Assembly: GCF_001735745.1 (NCBI RefSeq)
Contig: NZ_CP017260.1
Span: 1,140,001 to 1,172,000 of the forward strand
Reading direction: 5' to 3'
DNA from: Formosa sp. Hel1_33_131
Lineage (GTDB): Bacteria; Bacteroidota; Bacteroidia; Flavobacteriales; Flavobacteriaceae
Length of the DNA: 32,000 nt
Made by a program: the position numbers and the translations under genes. The notes under the pieces are model-generated. The model saw only the letters and a program-made list of their open reading frames with translations, was not told the DNA's origin and ran no database searches. Of this stretch, positions 25,414-32,000 are shown one piece after another. Position 1 is the stretch's first letter. Each line of letters begins with the position of its first letter.

Positions 25414-26091
25414 CTAAGAAACTTTTGATTTCCCTGCTACCACAATCACAATTTCTCCTTTTGGAGGGCGATTGGTGTAATGTTCTAAAATTGATTTTGC
25501 TGTGCCTCTTTGGGTTTCTTCATAAAGTTTGGTGAGTTCCCGCGATACAGAAATTTGACGGTCTTCTCCAAAATATTCACAAATATGAGAAAGGGTCTTG
25601 ATCAGTTTGTGAGGACTTTCATATAAAATAATAGTGCGTGGTTCTTCTGCTAATAGGAGGAAGCGTGTTTGACGGCCTTTTTTGACGGGCAAAAATCCTT
25701 CAAATACAAATTTATCGTTGGGCAATCCAGAGTTGACTAAGGCGGGTACAAAGGCAGTCGCTCCTGGAAGACAGTCCACTGGAATGTCATTTTCGACACA
25801 GGCTCTTGTGAGTAAAAACCCAGGGTCCGAAATAGCGGGGGTTCCTGCATCACTGATCAACGCAATGGTAGTTCCCATTTTTAATTTTTGAATAATCCCT
25901 TGTACGGTTTTATGCTCGTTATGCATGTGGTGGGAATGCATTTGAGTTCCGATCTCAAAATGCTTCAAAAGTTTTCCAGAGGTTCTGGTGTCTTCTGCCA
26001 AAATCAAATCAACCGATTTCAATACATTGATGGCACGTAAGGTGATGTCTTCTAGATTTCCTATGGGGGTCGGTACAATATATAGCTTCAT
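25414..26091 (-). CDS. rsmI: 16S rRNA (cytidine1402-2'-O)-methyltransferase, 225 aa
   Basis: MKLYIVPTPIGNLEDITLRAINVLKSVDLILAEDTR and ISDAGTPAISDPG, on a tetrapyrrole-methylase fold. Confidence 0.9.
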   Translation of the reverse strand: MKLYIVPTPIGNLEDITLRAINVLKSVDLILAEDTRTSGKLLKHFEIGTQMHSHHMHNEHKTVQGIIQKLKMGTTIALISDAGTPAISDPGFLLTRACVENDIPVDCLPGATAFVPALVNSGLPNDKFVFEGFLPVKKGRQTRFLLLAEEPRTIILYESPHKLIKTLSHICEYFGEDRQISVSRELTKLYEETQRGTAKSILEHYTNRPPKGEIVIVVAGKSKVS

Positions 26092-26095
26092 AATT

Positions 26096-26103
26096 CAAAG
26101 TTA
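26096..26103 (-). promoter_or_regulatory. -7 box TAACTTTG only 4 nt upstream of the rsmI ATG
   Basis: Plus strand caaagtta at 26096..26103. The ATG occupies 26091..26089. Confidence 0.35.
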
Positions 26104-26187
26104 CAACGTTTTTATACAACATACCTATATGATGTAAATTCTTCTTTTTACCCTTTCGAAGAAATTGTAATTCATTACCATAATATG

Positions 26188-26195
26188 TATCTTTG
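26188..26195 (+). promoter_or_regulatory. -7 box TATCTTTG for the 230-aa secreted protein gene
   Basis: Exact TAnnTTTG match 28 nt upstream of the ATG at 26224. Confidence 0.45.
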
Positions 26196-26223
26196 ACCGA
26201 ATTAAATTTACTACAATAAATAT

Positions 26224-26916
26224 ATGAAATTATTAAACCTCGCACTTCTAAGTGTATGCTCCTTACAGTTATCTTTTTCTCAATCACTTAAATATGCCGA
26301 TGGCTCTTCTCAAAACATGAGTAATATTTTTGTGAATATCAATTCCACTGAAAGTTCTACTATTAAAGGATCAAAATATTTGAATGAAGATTTTATTAGC
26401 ACTAAAATATCATCAATGCCCGATCAAATTTTTGGGGTGCGTTACAATATTTATGACGATGAAATGGAGTTTCAAGGTGCCGACAATACCGTGTATGCTT
26501 TAAATAAAAATGATGCCTCGGTTAAAATAACGTTTACAGCGACCAATGAATCTTATCATATTTTTAGTTACACCGATGATACTGGCCATCAAAAAAAGGG
26601 GTATTTCGTGAAACTAAACAAGGAAGGAGAGAACCTCATATTAAAGAAACATAGAATTGTATTTTTTGAAGAACAGGCTTCTAAAACGGGCTATGATGCT
26701 CCCAAACCTGCGATGTATAAAACTGTGAAAGATCGCATGTATATCAAACTTGCCAATAAAGAGGCTGTATTGTTGCCTACCAAGAAAAAGAAACTTGCAA
26801 AGGCACTTTTCCCTGAGAACTCAAAAATTATATTAGATTTCATTAACTCAAACAAGATTAAGTTGTCCAGAGAAGCTGATTTAATTACATTTGTTAATTA
26901 CTTAAATACTTTATAA
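26224..26916 (+). CDS. Secreted hypothetical protein, 230 aa
   Basis: Signal peptide MKLLNLALLSVCSLQLSFSQ. I recognise no family. Confidence 0.6.
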   Translation: MKLLNLALLSVCSLQLSFSQSLKYADGSSQNMSNIFVNINSTESSTIKGSKYLNEDFISTKISSMPDQIFGVRYNIYDDEMEFQGADNTVYALNKNDASVKITFTATNESYHIFSYTDDTGHQKKGYFVKLNKEGENLILKKHRIVFFEEQASKTGYDAPKPAMYKTVKDRMYIKLANKEAVLLPTKKKKLAKALFPENSKIILDFINSNKIKLSREADLITFVNYLNTL

Positions 26917-26952
26917 ACATTAATTTAACCCCAAATCTTAAATTTTTTAACT

Positions 26953-27759
26953 ATGGAAAAATACCTAACCACTGCAAAAGACCTACTGCTTGAATATTCG
27001 CCAAAAGTACTTTATGCATTAGCCTTACTGATTGTTGGCCTGTATGCAATTAAATTTATTCTTCGCTTAATTAATAAACTCCTAAACTCGCGTCACGTTG
27101 ATAATACCTTACAAGCCTTTCTTAGTAATTTATTAGGCTGGGGATTAAAAGCGGTATTACTCATCGCTGTGATTTCTAAACTTGGTATAGACACCACCGC
27201 GCTAGCGGCCGTTATGGCAGCTGCAGGTTTAGGACTTGGACTTGCTTTACAAGGGTCATTAGCAAATTTTGCTGGAGGTGTTTTGATCATTTTATTCAAA
27301 CCCTTTAGAGTGGACGATTTAATCAATGCTCAGGGAGAAATAGGCGTTGTCAAAGACATTCAACTTTTTACAACTCAAATTTTGACTCCAAGTAACAAAC
27401 GTGTCATTATCCCTAATGGTACTTTGGCAAATGGCAATATTGTCAACCTTTCAGCCGAAGGAACCTTAAGAGTTGATTTAACAATTGGAGTGGGTTATAG
27501 TGAAGATATTAAAAAAACTAAAGAAGTACTGTTGAAGGTTTTAACTGCGCATTCTAAAGTGTTATCAGAACCTCTCCCGACGGTTAATGTTTCTGAACTC
27601 GCTGATAGTTCCGTAAATTTTGCCGTTCGTCCTTGGTGTACCGTGGAAGATTATTGGACTGTTTATTTTGAGATTACAGAAAACTGCAAAGAGGCATTGG
27701 ATGCTGCGGGTATCGAAATTCCTTATCCACATGTGGTCGAAATTCACAAAAAAGGATAA
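26953..27759 (+). CDS. Small-conductance mechanosensitive channel (MscS family), 268 aa
   Basis: Three N-terminal TM helices, then the MscS core LANFAGGVLIILFKPFRVDDLI...GVVKDIQLFTTQILTPSNKRVIIPNG. Confidence 0.85.
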   Translation: MEKYLTTAKDLLLEYSPKVLYALALLIVGLYAIKFILRLINKLLNSRHVDNTLQAFLSNLLGWGLKAVLLIAVISKLGIDTTALAAVMAAAGLGLGLALQGSLANFAGGVLIILFKPFRVDDLINAQGEIGVVKDIQLFTTQILTPSNKRVIIPNGTLANGNIVNLSAEGTLRVDLTIGVGYSEDIKKTKEVLLKVLTAHSKVLSEPLPTVNVSELADSSVNFAVRPWCTVEDYWTVYFEITENCKEALDAAGIEIPYPHVVEIHKKG

Positions 27760-27762
27760 GCC

Positions 27763-28434
27763 TTATTTTTTTGAAGGAATGGCGATGAAATCTTTTAAAT
27801 AAAAAGGTTCAAAATAAGCAACGTCTTCAAAATCATTTGTTTTAAATTTATCATAAGAAAGCGCACACATTTGTTTTGCTGAAGGCAATTTGTCTTCGAT
27901 GAATTGTGCGTTTTTATGCGTGATGATATCTTTGGTTTTAGCCACGCCATTTCCAATAAAATAAAGAGGAGCCGATTCCAATAATTCTTGATACGATTCA
28001 GAAGTCAATACCTCAGCTTCCGTGCTGCGAATTTCATTATAATCCGCATCATAAATGGCTGAATATACTTCCATACGTCTTGCATCAAGCATCGCAACAA
28101 TGGTTCCTTTTGGGTTCTCAACCTGATGTGCAAGGGCTTCTAAAGTGGGCACAGAAATTAAAGGAAGACTCAACGCATAACACAAGCCTTTAGCGGCAGA
28201 AACGCCGATTCGCAAACCCGTATAAGAGCCAGGGCCTTTGCTGATCGCAATGGCCTCGAGTTGGTTTTTAGAAACCTTTGCTGTTTTAAGAACTTCGTCA
28301 ATATAGATATGGAGGCGTTCCGCATGGGAATACTCTAGACTGTTGTCTTCTTTAAATTCTATAACTGCTCCGTTTTCGGATAATGCCACAGAGCAATTCG
28401 TTGTAGAAGTTTCTATGTTTAAAATGTATGCCAT
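27763..28434 (-). CDS. tsaB: tRNA t6A37 threonylcarbamoyltransferase complex subunit TsaB, 223 aa
   Basis: ILNIETSTTNCSVAL and KGPGSYTGLRIGVS. Confidence 0.85.
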   Translation of the reverse strand: MAYILNIETSTTNCSVALSENGAVIEFKEDNSLEYSHAERLHIYIDEVLKTAKVSKNQLEAIAISKGPGSYTGLRIGVSAAKGLCYALSLPLISVPTLEALAHQVENPKGTIVAMLDARRMEVYSAIYDADYNEIRSTEAEVLTSESYQELLESAPLYFIGNGVAKTKDIITHKNAQFIEDKLPSAKQMCALSYDKFKTNDFEDVAYFEPFYLKDFIAIPSKK

Positions 28435-28437
28435 AAA

Positions 28438-29814
28438 TTATGGAATCAATGGTTTGCCCATGAAAAAGTCTAAGACTTTCGAACGAAACACAAAGTTATA
28501 TTTTGAATTAATTAAGGTTGATTTTGCACTTACTAAGCGCCCTCTTACCTGCTCAACTTCAAAGGAAGTTGCGGCTCCAAGATTAAATTTATTTTGAACA
28601 TTTTTAAATGATTCTTCTAGGCTAATGACTGAAAACCTAGATGCTTCGTATTGTTTCAAAGCAGCTTTTGCATCCGCGTATGCTTGTGTAATTGTCGTTG
28701 TAATGTTTTGCTTTGCTTGCTCTAAATTAAGAAGACTTTTTTCTCTATTAATTTTAGCTTTCGACACATTGGCTTTTGTTTTAAACCCATTAAAAATTGG
28801 AATGCTTAAATTGAATCCTAAATTATACCCTAAGTTATTATCTAATTGGGTCCCAAAACCATAGGGCACAATCTTTTCAATAGTATTATTTGGATTATTT
28901 GGGTCTTCTACAAATTGAATTCTCGTATCTGGTTCTCCTTGTCTGTGTTGATATGACGACCCTAAACCTGCCCCAAAACTCAATGAAGGGGCATAGGCAC
29001 TTTGCGCTAATTTCAATCCAAAATCAGTGTTTTCTATCCCTAATTCTGCATTGTTAATTTCTGCACGATTGTCTAAAGCATACGCTAAGATTTCATCGTA
29101 TGAATCATAAGCTAAGGACGCAGAAGTTAAATTAATTTGAATCTCTTGAATGTCAAAATCAAGAGGGGAAACTTGCAAACTTTGACTTAAACTTAGTAGC
29201 GATAAGTCTAAACTATTTTCTGCATTTACAACACTTGACCTGTTAGATGCTAAAGTGGCTTCCGCATCAAATAAATCAGAGCTCGGTTTAATCCCCGCTT
29301 CTACTTGAGAAGTGATTTGGTCCAGTTGATTCTGACTGATCGTTACTTGTTCTATGGCAATTTTAAGGTTCTCTTTGTTGAATAAAATATTTAGAAATGC
29401 ATTGACAACGGTCATAGAAACATTGTCCTGAAGAATTGTGAGTTGAAACTGACTCGACTCGACTCCAAGTTTTGCTTGTTTATATATATTTAAATTTCGA
29501 AAGCCATTAAAAATTGTAATGCCTGTATTTAACCCAAAATTATTCCCTCTTGAATCACTTTTAATTCGTGAACCATCCTGTCCAATGAAGGATCCAAAGT
29601 TAAAGTTATGAGAAGCTGAAGCATTAAGGGTTGGCATAAAGTTACCTTTGGCACTTATCAAGTCTTGTTTGGCCAAGTCAATATCCAGCACCGATTGCTT
29701 CACGGAAATATTATGCTCCAAAGCGTGATTGACGCAATCTAATAAGCTCCATTTTTTTTGAGCAAAACTGCTTAACGTTCCTACGAGAAAAAGAACTGTA
29801 CATATATGTTTCAT
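28438..29814 (-). CDS. TolC-family outer-membrane efflux protein, 458 aa from the ATG at 29814
   Basis: Signal peptide MKHICTVLFLVGTLSSFAQ and a two-fold repeat of coiled-coil/beta segments. The ORF-track start at 29856 would overlap the adaptor gene by 26 nt and adds a non-signal lysine-rich extension. Confidence 0.8.
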   Translation of the reverse strand: MKHICTVLFLVGTLSSFAQKKWSLLDCVNHALEHNISVKQSVLDIDLAKQDLISAKGNFMPTLNASASHNFNFGSFIGQDGSRIKSDSRGNNFGLNTGITIFNGFRNLNIYKQAKLGVESSQFQLTILQDNVSMTVVNAFLNILFNKENLKIAIEQVTISQNQLDQITSQVEAGIKPSSDLFDAEATLASNRSSVVNAENSLDLSLLSLSQSLQVSPLDFDIQEIQINLTSASLAYDSYDEILAYALDNRAEINNAELGIENTDFGLKLAQSAYAPSLSFGAGLGSSYQHRQGEPDTRIQFVEDPNNPNNTIEKIVPYGFGTQLDNNLGYNLGFNLSIPIFNGFKTKANVSKAKINREKSLLNLEQAKQNITTTITQAYADAKAALKQYEASRFSVISLEESFKNVQNKFNLGAATSFEVEQVRGRLVSAKSTLINSKYNFVFRSKVLDFFMGKPLIP

Positions 29815-29830
29815 AGTTTTGGGGGTTTTA

Positions 29831-30955
29831 TTATTCATCGTCTTCTTCATCTTCATTATTTTCTTCTGAAGCTTTGTTCCAAACCTTGATTTTATCGCCT
29901 TCTTCTACACCATCTATGATTTCCACATTAATGCCATCCGACAATCCGATTTCAATATTTTTTTTCTTGAAGCTTCCATTTTCTTTTTGTAATTCTACAA
30001 AGGGTTTTTCGGTGATGCGATTGAATTGTAAAAGCGCTTCTTTAATCACCAGCACACTGTCTTTGCTTTCAATTTCAATTTCGGCATTGGCACTGTATCC
30101 TGCACGAATTTTTGTGCTAGAGTCAATGGTCACATCTGCTTTGATCGTAAACTGAACAGCACCATTTTCCTCCACGCCTTTAGGTGCTACAAACGTAAGA
30201 ACGGCAGGGAATTCTTTTTCATTGATCGCTCCAAGGATGACTACGATGTCTTTGCCTTCTTCTAATTTTCCAACTTCAGCTTCATCAACCTTGCCTTCAA
30301 AAATCATTTTACTCATATCGGCAATGGTAGCAATGGTAGTTCCTGCATTGAAATTATTACTTTGAATCACTTGATCGCCTTCACGAACAGGAATTTCAAG
30401 AACGGTTCCAGGAATTTGAGCAACGATATTGGTATTGGCTGAACTGCCTCCAGAAAGAGATCCTTGTTTGATGATTTGATAATCATCTTTGGATTGATCG
30501 TAACTTTCTTTGGATTGGTTGAGACTCAACTCACTGTTTTCAAAATCTTGTTTAGAGATGACTCCTTTTTCAAAAAGGGCTTTATTTCGATTGAATAAAG
30601 TTTGTGCATTTTCAAATGAAAGTCTCGCGGTATTGATACGGCTTTTAGCACTTCCCAAAGCTTGTTCGTTTGGAACGACTCTAATTTTGGCAATTAAATC
30701 GCCTTTTTGTACTAGGTCGCCTTCTTCAACAAAAATCTGATCTACAATGCCTGAAATTTGTGGCTTCAATTCAATTTCTTCTTCAGGATTTAACTTTCCT
30801 GTAGCAACGGTTTTGGTGTCGAGTGTGCTATAAAATGGCAGTTCTATTTTATAGTCTACAACTTCTTTAGCGTTGGAGTCTTTAAAATATTTTAATACAA
30901 ATACTAATAATATTAGTAAGACGATTCCTAAAATAATTTTTACTGTTTTGTTCAT
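29831..30955 (-). CDS. HlyD/MacA-type periplasmic adaptor (membrane-fusion protein), 374 aa
   Basis: N-terminal anchor IILGIVLLILLVFVL, lipoyl-like half-motifs (GDLVQKGDLIAKI ... GTVLEIPVREGDQV) flanking a coiled-coil hairpin, and an acidic tail EENNEDEEDDE. Confidence 0.85.
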   Translation of the reverse strand: MNKTVKIILGIVLLILLVFVLKYFKDSNAKEVVDYKIELPFYSTLDTKTVATGKLNPEEEIELKPQISGIVDQIFVEEGDLVQKGDLIAKIRVVPNEQALGSAKSRINTARLSFENAQTLFNRNKALFEKGVISKQDFENSELSLNQSKESYDQSKDDYQIIKQGSLSGGSSANTNIVAQIPGTVLEIPVREGDQVIQSNNFNAGTTIATIADMSKMIFEGKVDEAEVGKLEEGKDIVVILGAINEKEFPAVLTFVAPKGVEENGAVQFTIKADVTIDSSTKIRAGYSANAEIEIESKDSVLVIKEALLQFNRITEKPFVELQKENGSFKKKNIEIGLSDGINVEIIDGVEEGDKIKVWNKASEENNEDEEDDE

Positions 30956-30967
30956 TTTTTTGGTTTT

Positions 30968-32000
30968 TTATTCTTCTCTTAATGCTTCTATTGGTTTGAT
31001 ACTTGTGGCTTTAAATGCAGGGATGAGCCCTATGAGTGTTCCGAGGGTGACAAGGAGCAGTAAGGCTACAAAAACGACGGCTATGGATACGGAGGCGTTT
31101 ACGAGTGTTGCGTCATCGCCTTGTCCCCATGCACTGTCCGCCGCAATCAACATCCATCCCCCTGAAATAATGCCTAACAATCCTGCTACGAGGGTCAAAA
31201 ATACAGCTTCTACTACAATTTGGCGTTTGATTTCAAAAGGCGTTGCTCCTAGTGCGCGTCTCACACCAATTTCTTTGGTGCGTTCTTTCACGGTAATTAA
31301 TAATATATTTCCGATGGCAAACACGCCCGCAATGAGGGTTGCAATGCCCACAAACCATGTTAAAAATTGCATTCCTTTTAAAAACCCAGTGATTTTAGCA
31401 AATTCCTTTCCTAGGTTAAAACTTCCAAAAGCACGCTTGTCTTGGGGGTGGACTTTATTCAAATTACGCAATAGCAATTTAGCATCTTCTTCAATTTGCT
31501 TGATGTTATATTCGGGTTTACCTGTAATCATTAGCCACCCAATTGTGTCGCCTTGATTATAAATTTGCTGAAAGGTGGTGAATGGAATGTGAATATCGCT
31601 GCTTGGGCCCATATTAGCATTGCTATTTTGTGAGACTCCAATTACTGTAAAATTGATACTATTCATTTGGATATATTGACCAATAGCTTGCTCATCTTTT
31701 TCAAACAATTGTTTGTAGATGTCTTCTGAAATAACAGCCACTTTTTTTTTGCCATCAATATCGTTTTGATTGATGAAGCGCCCTTTTAATAATTTCTTCT
31801 TTTGTACCTTATCTAGTAGAGGATAATCCCCGTTTATACTATAAGTCCCTGATAAAAAATTACGGACAACCAGTGCTTGGTTTCGATTTCGAGGGACTAC
31901 AAATTCGATGCCTTCTACGTTTTCTTCTATTTTTTTGGCATGTGACAATTTGAGCTGCACTCTTTTTCCTTCCTGAAATCCTTTGAAAGGTTTGCTTGTA
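30968..32000 (-). CDS. MacB/FtsX-type ABC transporter permease, 5'-truncated by the window edge
   Basis: C-terminal FtsX 4-helix domain (VKERTKEIGVRRALGATPFEIKRQIVVEAVFLTLVAGLLG) follows a periplasmic domain. Codons upstream of the GTG at 31960 stay open to position 32000 (..TSKPFKGFQEGKR..), so the true start lies outside the window. Confidence 0.8.
   Translation of the reverse strand, partial: TSKPFKGFQEGKRVQLKLSHAKKIEENVEGIEFVVPRNRNQALVVRNFLSGTYSINGDYPLLDKVQKKKLLKGRFINQNDIDGKKKVAVISEDIYKQLFEKDEQAIGQYIQMNSINFTVIGVSQNSNANMGPSSDIHIPFTTFQQIYNQGDTIGWLMITGKPEYNIKQIEEDAKLLLRNLNKVHPQDKRAFGSFNLGKEFAKITGFLKGMQFLTWFVGIATLIAGVFAIGNILLITVKERTKEIGVRRALGATPFEIKRQIVVEAVFLTLVAGLLGIISGGWMLIAADSAWGQGDDATLVNASVSIAVVFVALLLLVTLGTLIGLIPAFKATSIKPIEALREE

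Noticed and set aside
30873-31556. Long 227-aa ORF on the plus strand
   Set aside because: It is entirely antisense to the well-supported MacB/FtsX permease gene. It has low-complexity Ser/Thr/Ala/Pro-rich content typical of a shadow frame and no promoter box. The same reasoning applies to 22302..22703 (antisense to MFS); 6716..6898, 7286..7525 and 7386..7751 (antisense to accC); 9090..9281 and 9269..9496 (antisense to fabH); 23844..24167 and 24607..24885 (antisense to recJ); 29874..30155 and 30510..30740 (antisense to the adaptor); and the other short antisense ORFs in the track.
1-32000. CRISPR arrays, rRNA genes, IS elements or transposases, toxin-antitoxin pairs, classical defence genes
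   Set aside because: I looked for regularly spaced direct repeats, terminal inverted repeats, and nuclease, ATPase, integrase or transposase-like ORFs on both strands. None was found. The only tandem repeats are the ORF6N duplication, the adhesin protein modules and the 12-nt promoter repeats.

Overview
This window looks like a chromosomal segment from a Flavobacteriaceae (Bacteroidota) genome. It is AT-rich, tightly packed, and lacks Shine-Dalgarno sequences. TAnnTTTG '-7' boxes sit 4-28 nt upstream of several start codons, one giant protein ends in a T9SS type-B sorting domain, and the block pdxA / yceD-like / rpmF / fabH-accB-accC is present. All family names come from motif recognition by eye; no database search was possible.

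I call 34 protein-coding loci (two disrupted), one tRNA-Ala(GGC), four intrinsic terminators and eight promoter boxes. Most genes are housekeeping:
- Fe-S assembly: NifU-family protein.
- Fatty-acid initiation: fabH, accB, accC.
- Cofactors and tRNA/rRNA modification: pdxA, ribE, queD, tsaB, rsmI.
- Envelope and stress: lpxH, mscL, an MscS-family channel.
- An apparent osmC-like / recJ / MFS operon.
- A MacB-type permease / HlyD-type adaptor / TolC efflux set, followed by tsaB.

Items worth a second look:
1. A tight VTC-domain / DUF4956-like / DUF2490-like cassette (19765..21867). It places a polyphosphate-polymerase-like tunnel enzyme, an inner-membrane protein and an outer-membrane barrel in one operon. 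This is my best candidate for an undescribed system.
2. A roughly 1478-aa T9SS adhesin gene split only by a G10/C10 homopolymer (2438..2447). This is either phase variation, slippage, or an assembly error.
3. A tandem pair of ORF6N (KilA-N superfamily) genes with mosaic identity. One copy carries a single in-frame TAG. Both carry the same 15-nt palindrome, read in different frames.
4. A 42-aa lysine-rich small ORF with its own promoter box, ending 5 nt before a TTG-initiated MATE gene.
5. Two exact 12-nt direct repeats upstream of the VTC cassette.

No CRISPR array, integrase, transposase, rRNA or recognisable riboswitch was seen.
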